Below are positions 45,875-54,214 of a stretch of 64,000 nucleotides of DNA, in pieces. Location: NCBI GenBank assembly GCA_045533625.1, contig JAZSID010000145.1:1166-65165 (forward strand), given 5' to 3'. The stretch comes from Acutalibacteraceae bacterium (GTDB lineage Bacteria > Bacillota > Clostridia > Oscillospirales > Acutalibacteraceae). Under the pieces are notes generated by a model. The model was not told the DNA's origin. It did not search any database and worked only from the letters and a program-made list of their open reading frames with translations. Position numbers and translations under genes: made by a program. The stretch's first letter is position 1, and each line of letters begins with the position of its first letter.

Positions 45875-47344
45875 ATGAATGCTGTAATTTATGCCCGATA
45901 CTCAAGCAGTAATCAGACAGAAGCATCTATCGAAGGACAGATGCGAGAATGTAATGAATATGCCAAGAAGAACGGTATAAACATCGTTGGTACATACATA
46001 GACAGAGCCCGCTCTGCAACAACAGATAACAGACCCGACTTCAAAAAGATGATTAAGGACAGTTTAAACAAGAAATTCGATGCTGTTATCGTATGGAAAC
46101 TTGACCGTTTCGCCCGAAATCGTTATGATAGTGCGAAATACAAAGCCACACTTAAAAAGAATGGTGTTAAGGTTATTTCTATAACTGAGCATATCTCCGA
46201 TGACCCAAATGGAATAATTTTAGAATCAATGCTTGAAGGTATGGCTGAGTATTATTCTAAAGAGCTTTCGGTAAAAGTCATCCGCGGCAGAACAGAAAAT
46301 GCTTTGAAATGCAAATCAATCGGCGGCAATATTCCAATCGGATATGTGATTGATAAAAATCAGTTTTATCAGATAAACCCGTTGACTGCACCTGCTGTTC
46401 TTGAAGCGTTTCAGAGTTATGCTGAAGGAAAGACAATGAAAGAAATAGCAGAAGATATGTGTAGCAAGGGAATCAGAAACAACCGTGGAGGAAAGATTAC
46501 TTTCAATGTTCTGACACATATGTTTCATAATCGCAGATACATAGGCGAATACAAGTACCGCGATATTATTCATCCGAACGGAATTCCTGCAATTGTTCCG
46601 TTAGATTTGTTTGAAAAAGTTCAGGACAGAATGGCACAGACGAAAAAAGCACCAGCAAAACATAAAGCAGAAGATGACTACCTGCTTTCACCGAAGTTAT
46701 ATTGCGGAAAATGCAACAGGCTTATGGTAGGAGAAAGCGGAACAAGTAAAACTTCAAAAAAATATCATTATTACAAGTGTTCCGGTGTTAAAAAGTTCCA
46801 TGATTGTAACAAGAAGACAATCGGAAAGGATGCGCTTGAATCGATTGTTTTAAAACAAATCGAAAATGTGTATATGGATGACAATCTGATTGAAAAGATT
46901 GCCGATGAAGTTCTGACAGAACAAGCTAAAGAAAACACGACATTGCCTCTTCTCAAAAAGAAATATGCCGAAACCGTGAAAGGTATCAGCAATATGCTCG
47001 ATGCTATACAGAACGGAATACTGACAGAATCGACCAAAGAGAGGCTTGAATCATTAGAGCTGCAAAAAGCCGATTTATCACTGAAAATCACAAAAGAAGA
47101 ACTCGAAAGACCGCTGTTAACAAAAGAGCAGATTATCGAATGGCTAAAAGATTTACGAAAGTACGGAACAAAGCGTTTAGACCATAAACGAAGACTGATA
47201 AATACTTTTGTTAATTCAGTTTATCTGTATGACGATAGAATTATCATTAACTTCAACTACAAGGACGGTGCAAAAACCGTCCGAGTAGATGAAGTTAATA
47301 ATTTACTCCTGAGTTCGGATTCTAATGTATATGCTCTGCCATAA
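45875..47344 (+). CDS. large serine recombinase
   Basis: Start at MNAVIYARYSS (AGGAGG 7 nt upstream). Resolvase catalytic domain (YARYSSSNQ, VWKLDRFARN), recombinase domain, zinc ribbon (CGKCNR...YYKCSG) and a C-terminal coiled coil. Confidence 0.9.
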   Translation: MNAVIYARYSSSNQTEASIEGQMRECNEYAKKNGINIVGTYIDRARSATTDNRPDFKKMIKDSLNKKFDAVIVWKLDRFARNRYDSAKYKATLKKNGVKVISITEHISDDPNGIILESMLEGMAEYYSKELSVKVIRGRTENALKCKSIGGNIPIGYVIDKNQFYQINPLTAPAVLEAFQSYAEGKTMKEIAEDMCSKGIRNNRGGKITFNVLTHMFHNRRYIGEYKYRDIIHPNGIPAIVPLDLFEKVQDRMAQTKKAPAKHKAEDDYLLSPKLYCGKCNRLMVGESGTSKTSKKYHYYKCSGVKKFHDCNKKTIGKDALESIVLKQIENVYMDDNLIEKIADEVLTEQAKENTTLPLLKKKYAETVKGISNMLDAIQNGILTESTKERLESLELQKADLSLKITKEELERPLLTKEQIIEWLKDLRKYGTKRLDHKRRLINTFVNSVYLYDDRIIINFNYKDGAKTVRVDEVNNLLLSSDSNVYALP

Positions 47345-47380
47345 AAATCGACAGTCTTCGGTAGAAGGTTGTCGATTTTT
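47345..47380 (+). terminator. intrinsic terminator of the recombinase operon
   Basis: AAATCGACAGTCTTC-GGTA-GAAGGTTGTCGATTT followed by a T-run, immediately after the stop codon. Confidence 0.65.
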
Positions 47381-47526
47381 TACTTATTATCTCTTCACTA
47401 TTCACTCTTCACTAACTTTCGGGTCGATTTTCGAAAGTAATATGTTATAGTGAATATGCGTGGACGGAACACCCGCACCCGATTTTAATTTTAGATTATT
47501 TGCGATAAATCAGTTTATAAACGCTT

Positions 47527-47566
47527 AAAAACCCGAACTCTTTACCAATTCAAGAGTTCGGGTTTT
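47527..47566. terminator. bidirectional terminator
   Basis: AAAACCCGAACTCTT/AAGAGTTCGGGTTTT with A-run and T-run flanks, 5 nt from the stop of the dockerin gene. Confidence 0.6.
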
Positions 47567-47570
47567 TATA

Positions 47571-48359
47571 TTATACTTTAATTTCAATCATACCGTTAAG
47601 GCTGAATTTTGACCTGTCAACGCCTTTTTTGAAATCAAGGATTTTCTGCGTTGTTGTTTCACCGTCTGATGTTACGTTAAGCATAACCCATTTGCCGTCT
47701 TTGAAATAATACTTAGAAACTGTGCCGTCCTTAAGCTCATATGTTTCGCAAACAAGCTTTTCACCGTCAACGGTTACCTCTTCCGACTTAACATTTTTTG
47801 CATCTTCTGCACTGCCGATAGAAAGATCTACCTGCTCGTTGCTCTTCATATAAACATTAATACCGGGAGCAATAAAATCCGGAAAAATAAGATATGTCTT
47901 TGAATCAAGAACAAGGAGTCTTACCGTTTGACCCCGTGCTACAGTTTCAACGCAGGCATCCTCGCCTCGTATCATAGTTGTAACAACGTTGGTTCCCTCT
48001 TTATTTGTCACTTCGGTTTTAAGAGTAAACTCACCGCTTTTCAGTATCGGATCAACAACATCTTTTTTGTACGAGGTCGCAAGGTTATCGTCAACTTCAA
48101 GATCGCCGTCATAATTTCCGACAGAGATTTTCAAAGCAACAAGTGCATCACTTGAGTTGATGAAGCCGTCGTCGTTAATATCAGCATATTCTTCGTTGAT
48201 TTCCGTAACTTTACCAACGGCATACTGCAGAATCATAAGTGCATCTGAAGAATTGGTTGCACCGTCTGAATTGACATCACCGACAAGCCTTGCAGCTGCA
48301 GTTGATGCAAAACCGAAAGCGCAGATTATTGCAAGAAAAAACGAAATAAATCTTTTCAT
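47571..48359 (-). CDS. secreted protein with an N-terminal type-I dockerin
   Basis: Signal peptide, then two Ca-binding dockerin repeats: GDVNSDGATNSSDALMILQYAVG and DINDDGFINSSDALVALKISVG. The C-terminal ~170 aa is unknown. Confidence 0.75.
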   Translation of the reverse strand: MKRFISFFLAIICAFGFASTAAARLVGDVNSDGATNSSDALMILQYAVGKVTEINEEYADINDDGFINSSDALVALKISVGNYDGDLEVDDNLATSYKKDVVDPILKSGEFTLKTEVTNKEGTNVVTTMIRGEDACVETVARGQTVRLLVLDSKTYLIFPDFIAPGINVYMKSNEQVDLSIGSAEDAKNVKSEEVTVDGEKLVCETYELKDGTVSKYYFKDGKWVMLNVTSDGETTTQKILDFKKGVDRSKFSLNGMIEIKV

Positions 48360-48493
48360 TTTTGGTATCTCCTCTCGTTTTATGAGGTGATTATATCACA
48401 GTAATTAAAATAAATCTACTAAAAAGAGAAAAATATCGTGCCTTTTTGACAACCAAATTATAGTATGATATAATTTAAAAAGGAGGTTAGATT

Positions 48494-48733
48494 ATGAAAA
48501 AGAAAGCTAAAAAGAAAATTGCACCCGTAATTGTAACGGTGTTTGTAATCCTGTTTTCTCTTGCATATATTGCCGCCTTTATTTTTTTGATTGTTGCAGA
48601 TATTGTTCCCGTTCCCATAGCGGCAATCGCAATAATTGTTTACCTGATTGTCTGCGTTGCAATAATCGCAGTTCTCAGGGAAAGAATAAAAGAAATTAAC
48701 GGAGGTCTTGAAGATGCAACTTTTAAGTATTAA
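48494..48733 (+). CDS. small membrane protein
   Basis: 79 aa with two TM helices; AGGAGG RBS. Confidence 0.5.
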   Translation: MKKKAKKKIAPVIVTVFVILFSLAYIAAFIFLIVADIVPVPIAAIAIIVYLIVCVAIIAVLRERIKEINGGLEDATFKY

Positions 48734-49025
48734 TTATGTTCCCGGAAAAGAAATTGAAGCTCTTGGGATAGTAAAAGGCTCAGTCGTGCAGACAAAGCAT
48801 ATGGGCAAAGATTTTATGGCAGGAATGAAAACCCTTGTCGGCGGCGAAATAAAAGGCTACACGGAGATGCTCAACGAAGCACGTGCAATAGCAACACAGA
48901 GAATGGCAGAGGAAGCCATGGCTATGGGGGCAGATGCAGTTATCGGTGTAACGTACGGAAGCTCCGCAATTATGCAGGGCGCCGCAGAAATCGTAGCCTA
49001 CGGCACAGCGGTCAGAATCAAATAA
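48714..49025 (+). CDS. ybjQ: YbjQ-family (UPF0145) protein
   Basis: MQLLSINYVPGKEIEALGIVKGSVV...GADAVIGVTY...AYGTAV is typical of UPF0145. GGAGG lies 8 nt before ATG 48714. Confidence 0.85.
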   Translation: MQLLSINYVPGKEIEALGIVKGSVVQTKHMGKDFMAGMKTLVGGEIKGYTEMLNEARAIATQRMAEEAMAMGADAVIGVTYGSSAIMQGAAEIVAYGTAVRIK

Positions 49026-49031
49026 GCAGTT

Positions 49032-49059
49032 AAAAGCCGACGGATAACCGTCGGCTTTT
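49032..49059 (+). terminator. intrinsic terminator
   Basis: AAAAGCCGACGG-ATAA-CCGTCGGCTTTT. Confidence 0.7.
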
Positions 49060-49118
49060 CGTTGCATAAATTCGGGTTTATCGGGTTCTTTGATTTCGCA
49101 CAATCCAACTGTGTGCCC

Positions 49119-49187
49119 GTAGGGGACGGGTCGCCCGTCCCGAAATTGCGTGTGGTTAAACGGGACGTTGAAGACGTCGTCCCCTAC
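49119..49187. repeat. GC-rich REP-like compound palindrome
   Basis: GTAGGGGACG (49119-49128) pairs with CGTCCCCTAC (49178-49187) and encloses GGGACGGG-TCG-CCCGTCCC (49123-49141) and GGGACG...CGTCCC. GC-rich, in an AT-rich intergenic region. Confidence 0.4.
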
Positions 49188-49253
49188 AATGTTTATTTGA
49201 ATTTTCCTCCACAAAACCGAATTTGTTGGACCATTACATCATACCTATACCAA

Positions 49254-49287
49254 AAAGCGACAAGGGCGGTTTCGCCCTTGTCGCTTT
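49254..49287 (-). terminator. intrinsic terminator of the phosphoesterase gene
   Basis: 15-bp stem AAAGCGACAAGGGCG/CGCCCTTGTCGCTTT followed by TTTTTGG on the minus strand. Confidence 0.7.
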
Positions 49288-49293
49288 GAATCT

Positions 49294-50601
49294 TTATTTA
49301 CTGAAACTTACTTCAACGGGTACTGACTTGACGCCATATGCCGTTTCGGCTGTAATTATTGCCGTGTAATCACCCTTATCGAGTTTGCCGAGATTTACCG
49401 TATTTGTCGAATCAACCGTTGCTGAGTAATACTTCGGGAGAAGCCAATCGTTATAAACCTCCTCGCCTGCCGCATTATTCACAGTGATTCTGTAAAGGTA
49501 AACGGGTGTTCCGTCTGTTGACTTTGCAGAGTCAAAAGTAAGGCTTGTCTTGCCGAGTGATGTCTTTGCTTCAATCTTTGCATCGTCTGCAAAAACGGGA
49601 GCTTTTGATCTTGCCGCCTGCTTTTCGGGTGTGTATTCGCGGTTTTCAGGGTCTGCGGGATTTTCAAGAATATACTCAACGAGTACCTTTTCCTCTACAA
49701 GGTCGATGCCGAGCAAACGAACACGGTTGTTTGCATCAACTTCAACAATCCAGTACTGTACCTCATCCTTATATCCTTCGGGATGAACCGTACGTACATC
49801 TTCAACGGTAAGCTCTACGTAATAAAGCGAGCCTGTACCGACTGCTGTGAATTCACCCTGCCACAATGAACGCGGGTCGTTGAGAGGATAGTGTGAATGG
49901 CCGGAGAAATGAACGAGCTGAGGATACTGCACAAAAATATCCTTGAAGAATTCATCGTCCCAACCCTCGAAATCTGAGCTACCGTAAACTGTCTTGTCAA
50001 CGTGCTCGTGCTGTGCGAAGAAAATCGGCTTTGTCGGGTCATCCGCAACAGCCTTGTCAAGCTCTGCCTTAAGCCATTCGCGCTGATAATCTGCATAACG
50101 CACACCGTCAACATATGCACGTGACATTGTGATGAAGTGGTAACCGTTGATTACGTAATGGTTATCCGTTGCATCCATATCGTGAAGCAGCTTAAAATAA
50201 TCGAGCGATTCATAATCGTAAGTTCCGCCGTCGTGAGCCTGAGCAAGAAGCGGCATAACCTGAGTTTCAGGCTTGATTACGCTGTCGATTGCGCTCTTGA
50301 ATGCACAACGCTGTGACTGAAGACCGTCGTCCGTTGTATCGCCTGCGAAAATAACTCCGTCGAGTGTTTTGTAATTCTCGTCAGCTTCTGCAATTGCATA
50401 GCTCATTTTGAGGGCTTTCTGAATACGTCTTGCCTGCTTGTCGTTGGCTGCCATAACATGGGTATCACTCGCAACCATAAAGCGAAGTACGGGAACAAAA
50501 TCGCTTGTATCTTCGGGAGCAACGGGATTCATAAGTGAAGCACCCCATGTGCCGAAGAAGGTGATGATTGCCATAAATGCGGAAATAATTGACTTCAACA
50601 T
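49294..50601 (-). CDS. secreted calcineurin-like metallophosphoesterase
   Basis: 435 aa. Signal peptide; motifs VASDTHV, GDTTDDG and SGHSHYP; C-terminal Ig-like region. Confidence 0.8.
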   Translation of the reverse strand: MLKSIISAFMAIITFFGTWGASLMNPVAPEDTSDFVPVLRFMVASDTHVMAANDKQARRIQKALKMSYAIAEADENYKTLDGVIFAGDTTDDGLQSQRCAFKSAIDSVIKPETQVMPLLAQAHDGGTYDYESLDYFKLLHDMDATDNHYVINGYHFITMSRAYVDGVRYADYQREWLKAELDKAVADDPTKPIFFAQHEHVDKTVYGSSDFEGWDDEFFKDIFVQYPQLVHFSGHSHYPLNDPRSLWQGEFTAVGTGSLYYVELTVEDVRTVHPEGYKDEVQYWIVEVDANNRVRLLGIDLVEEKVLVEYILENPADPENREYTPEKQAARSKAPVFADDAKIEAKTSLGKTSLTFDSAKSTDGTPVYLYRITVNNAAGEEVYNDWLLPKYYSATVDSTNTVNLGKLDKGDYTAIITAETAYGVKSVPVEVSFSK

Positions 50602-50617
50602 AATAACACGCCCTTAA

Positions 50618-51847
50618 TTATTTAATTGTGTAAGGAGTTTCATCCTGAGGCTCACGGCTCTTATACTTACCGCGTGTGAAATCAGGAATTTCAAGAGTTT
50701 CGCCGTTGTTCTTGAGTGACTGCTCACTGAGTGCCGTAATGCTCATCCACGCAGCCATATCGTAAACGTCGATCGGCGGAAGAGTGCCATTCTTTACGGT
50801 TTCAACCCAAGCACGAAGCACGTGCCAGTCCATACCGCCGTGGCCTGCTTCCATCATTTCCTTTGTTGTGTTCTTCCAGAGAGGATGGTTATATTTCTTT
50901 TCATACCTCTTTGCATTTCCCCAGAAATATTCCTGATCCCATTCGTGGTTTGTGTGCGGTTCTCTGTCAAGATAAACGATGTCGCCGTCCTCCTGGTAAA
51001 GGCCCTTGAGACCTCTTACTGTATAACCTCTGCTGTAAAAACGCGGAAGACAGGTATCAAGAGTAAGGTCGATAACCTCGCCACGCTCTGTTTTGATAAA
51101 AGTTCTGACGATATCAGCCTGTGCAAATTCTGTTTTGCCGAGCTCGTCATGAAGATCCTTATGCTTTTTGACAAAATCCTTAAGTCCGTTTGCACCTGAA
51201 CATACAGAAGAAAGTGAAACAAAACGGTTGCCTCTGTTGATATCAAGAAGCTTTGCGAGAGGGCCAAGTGCGTGTGTGGGATAATTTTCGCAGTTACGTG
51301 AAATATAGTTTCTCAGACGGTAATGTCTGTTCTTTGTGCCGTAGCAAACCTCATCGCGAAGGTCATGCGCATACTTACCCGAACAAGCAACAATTCTGCC
51401 GAATTTGCCGTCACGAACCATGTTATGAATCATAAGCTCACGTTCGCCGTAGCAGCAGTTTTCCATAAACATTGCCCATACGCCTGTCTTTTCATATGTA
51501 TCAACAACTTCCCAGCACTCTTCAAGTGTGTACGCACCGCCGACTTCAGAAGCTGCAGGGATTCCGCACTTCATCGCTTCGATAGCGATTTTAACGTGAG
51601 TTGACCAGTCTGTTGCGATATAAACACTGTCAAGACCTTCAAGCTTGAAGATTTCTCTATAATCAGTTGAGCCGAAAGGTGTGTTACCCTTTTCCTTTTC
51701 AACTCTTTCAATACCCTTCTGAGTTCTGTCCTCGTAAGCATCGCATACACCGATAACATTTACGTCATCCATCTTACAGATTGTACCGAGCATACCGCTA
51801 CCGCGGTTACCAAGACCGATAACAGCAACATTAATTTTTTCTTTCAT
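50618..51847 (-). CDS. Gfo/Idh/MocA-family NAD-dependent oxidoreductase (GH109-like)
   Basis: 409 aa. Rossmann start INVAVIGLGNRGSG; length and C-terminal domain as in Gfo/Idh/MocA or GH109 proteins. Confidence 0.75.
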   Translation of the reverse strand: MKEKINVAVIGLGNRGSGMLGTICKMDDVNVIGVCDAYEDRTQKGIERVEKEKGNTPFGSTDYREIFKLEGLDSVYIATDWSTHVKIAIEAMKCGIPAASEVGGAYTLEECWEVVDTYEKTGVWAMFMENCCYGERELMIHNMVRDGKFGRIVACSGKYAHDLRDEVCYGTKNRHYRLRNYISRNCENYPTHALGPLAKLLDINRGNRFVSLSSVCSGANGLKDFVKKHKDLHDELGKTEFAQADIVRTFIKTERGEVIDLTLDTCLPRFYSRGYTVRGLKGLYQEDGDIVYLDREPHTNHEWDQEYFWGNAKRYEKKYNHPLWKNTTKEMMEAGHGGMDWHVLRAWVETVKNGTLPPIDVYDMAAWMSITALSEQSLKNNGETLEIPDFTRGKYKSREPQDETPYTIK

Positions 51848-52007
51848 TTTAAAGACCTCGCTTATCCTATAAATATAGATGATTAAATTATAGCATAACG
51901 AAAATTAATTTCAATAACATTAAAGAAAAAACAGGAATATCTTTCACCGTGTTGCAAAGAAAACGACGTTTTGATATAATAAAACACAGAAACTGAGGTG
52001 AAAGACG

Positions 52008-52643
52008 ATGACAAAAAAAGAAAGAGCATTACTTGCCGTTGAGGCTCTGAAAAAAGAATACCCCGGGGCAATATGCTCTCTTAATGCAGGAAATGAATTT
52101 GAGCTTCTGGTCGCAACCCGTCTTTCGGCACAGTGTACGGACGCCAGAGTGAATATCATTACACCTGCTCTTTTTGAAAAATATAAAACTCTTGAGGACT
52201 ATGCAAACGCAAACGTTGCGGACGTTGAAGAATTGGTACACTCATGCGGTTTTTACCGTCAGAAGGCACGCGACATCATCGGAATGGCACGTGAGATTCT
52301 TGAACACTTTGACGGCAAAGTGCCCGACAACATCGAGGACCTGACTTCCCTGCCCGGTGTCGGACGAAAAACGGCTAATCTCATCTGCGGTGACGTTTAC
52401 GGCAAGCCTGCCGTTGTTGCGGACACTCACCTTATCAGGATTTCAAACCTTCTCGGTCTTGTTGAAACAAAGGATCCTCTTAAGGTTGAAATGGCACTGA
52501 AAAAAATTCTTCCTCCTGAGGAAAGTAACGACTTCTGCCACAGATGCGTTCTTCACGGAAGAGCCGTCTGTATTGCAAGGAGACCCGACTGCAAAAACTG
52601 CTGTATGGCAGCCTTCTGCAAATCAGCCAAAAGCAAGCTTTGA
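52008..52643 (+). CDS. nth: endonuclease III
   Basis: 211 aa. HhH-GPD (LPGVGRKTANL), catalytic Asp context VADTHL, and a 4Fe-4S loop CIARRPDCKNCCMAAFC. Confidence 0.93.
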   Translation: MTKKERALLAVEALKKEYPGAICSLNAGNEFELLVATRLSAQCTDARVNIITPALFEKYKTLEDYANANVADVEELVHSCGFYRQKARDIIGMAREILEHFDGKVPDNIEDLTSLPGVGRKTANLICGDVYGKPAVVADTHLIRISNLLGLVETKDPLKVEMALKKILPPEESNDFCHRCVLHGRAVCIARRPDCKNCCMAAFCKSAKSKL

Positions 52644-52913
52644 TATAAGAATCGTGAGCGCCGCGCCGACCATTGCGGCGCTCAAAAGTCTTACGGCAAG
52701 CAAAAGTCTGCTTTTTCGCACTCTTGACGGTGGCGGAGCACCTGCATCACCCGCAATTTCACTCGCTCTTTCGCGTAAAGTACCCTCACTTACAGCCGAA
52801 AATTCGGGCTTTACAAAGAAAATTACACGTTCAAAATATTCACACGACGGTTTTGTAACTTCTACCACCTGATGATTGACTCCTTTGAGCAAAATATACA
52901 CCTCTTTATACAA
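52623..52913 (-). CDS. hypothetical protein with a C-terminal membrane anchor
   Basis: 96-aa ORF overlapping the nth 3' end by 21 nt; hydrophobic tail LLLAVRLLSAAMVGAALTILI. Coding status uncertain. Confidence 0.35.
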   Translation of the reverse strand: MYKEVYILLKGVNHQVVEVTKPSCEYFERVIFFVKPEFSAVSEGTLRERASEIAGDAGAPPPSRVRKSRLLLAVRLLSAAMVGAALTILISKLAFG

Positions 52914-53023
52914 AAAATATCATTTGTATTGTTCACTGTCGTACGATTTTTTATTCATAAAAAAGTGAATAAAAATCGACAATAAATGACATTAAATGGA
53001 GTTTCACCGTTTTTCGGTGGAAG

Positions 53024-53121
53024 TGTGGAAAACTTTAAAAATCGGTTAAAAAGTGTGGAAAACTATGTTGAAAGTGTTGATAACTTCATTAAAAAACGTT
53101 GATATATCAAAGTTTTCCACA
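53024..53121. promoter_or_regulatory. cluster of DnaA-box-like repeats
   Basis: TGTGGAAAA at 53024-53032 and 53054-53062, and its complement TTTTCCACA at 53113-53121; all three share the longer 11-mer TGTGGAAAACT. TGTTGATAA at 53075-53083. Each is one mismatch from TTATCCACA. 12-bp palindrome TTGATATATCAA at 53099-53110. Confidence 0.4.
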
Positions 53122-53323
53122 TTTTAAAGGGCTAAAGCCAAATGTTTGTTAATTTTTTATCAATAATTAAACAACTTGTGTCAAGTTTTTTTTAATAATA
53201 AATTGCACAAACTTTTAAGAAAAAACTATCTATTTTTTCTATTTATAACAACCAAAAAGACTTGACAACCTATAGTTACAAAAAGTTACAAAATGAATAT
53301 TCATTTTTTATACAGGTGATAAA

Positions 53324-54145
53324 ATGACAGTAAAATTCGGTAAAAACACAATAATTTTTGAAGAAATAAACACGTTGAGCGTTTCCCTTTCGCTTGACTG
53401 CGGTCAGGCTTTCCGTTGGAGTGAAAAAGAAGACGGAATCTGGCACGGAGTTGCCTTCGGAAAAGCTGTTGATATTTCCCAAAAAGAAAATAATTTGATA
53501 ATAAACGGTAATTTCAATGATGGTGATGAGAAAATCTGGGCGGATTATTTCGACCTCGGACGTGACTATTTTTCTGTCTGTGAAAAACTCAAAAACGACC
53601 CTCATTTAAAAACCGCGATTGAAGCCTATCCCGGAATACGAATCCTTCGTCAGGAATCGTGGGAAGCTCTTTGTTCGTTTATCATCTCACAGAATAACAA
53701 TATTCCGCGAATCAAAGGAATTGTCGAGAGGCTGTGCAGCAATTTCGGCGAAGACCTCGGAAACGGTGATTTCACCTTCCCCTCTGCCGAAAAGCTTGCC
53801 TCGCTGACAGTTGACGACCTTGCCCCCATTCGCTCGGGATTCAGGGCAAAGTACATAATCGATGCAGCACAGAAAGTCGCAAACGGTGAAGTTGACCTTC
53901 AGAAACTTTCTTCTTGTGACATTGACGAAGCTCGTGAAGAACTTATAAAAATTAAAGGAGTCGGTGCGAAAGTTGCCGAATGTACCCTGCTTTACGGTTG
54001 TGGAAGGGTTGATGCATTCCCCGTTGATGTCTGGGTGCGAAGGATAATGAGTGAAATGTACCCCGACGGTTTACCCGAATGCACAAACGGTGTTGAGGGC
54101 ATCGCACAACAGTACCTTTTCCATTGGAGAAGAAACGTGGAATAA
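53324..54145 (+). CDS. ogg: 8-oxoguanine DNA glycosylase / AP lyase (Ogg-type, HhH-GPD)
   Basis: 273 aa. OGG N-domain (LDCGQAFRW) and HhH-GPD with catalytic Lys/Asp context IKGVGAKVAECTLLYG...DAFPVDVW. Confidence 0.85.
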   Translation: MTVKFGKNTIIFEEINTLSVSLSLDCGQAFRWSEKEDGIWHGVAFGKAVDISQKENNLIINGNFNDGDEKIWADYFDLGRDYFSVCEKLKNDPHLKTAIEAYPGIRILRQESWEALCSFIISQNNNIPRIKGIVERLCSNFGEDLGNGDFTFPSAEKLASLTVDDLAPIRSGFRAKYIIDAAQKVANGEVDLQKLSSCDIDEAREELIKIKGVGAKVAECTLLYGCGRVDAFPVDVWVRRIMSEMYPDGLPECTNGVEGIAQQYLFHWRRNVE

Positions 54146-54180
54146 AAAACGACAAGTTTTGGGTTGTAAAATTTTGAAAC

Positions 54181-54212
54181 AACACGGGTGTCTCAAACGA
54201 GACACCCGTGTT
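54181..54212. terminator. bidirectional terminator between convergent genes
   Basis: AACACGGGTGTCTC-AAAC-GAGACACCCGTGTT, followed by TCTTAATCTTT on the + strand. Confidence 0.7.
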
Positions 54213-54214
54213 TC

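Noticed and set aside
53024-53121. The DnaA-box cluster could be the chromosomal origin oriC.
   Set aside because: No dnaA, dnaN or rpmH gene lies nearby. There are only 3-4 imperfect boxes, and I could define no clear AT-rich unwinding element. The flanking genes are not the conserved oriC neighbourhood.
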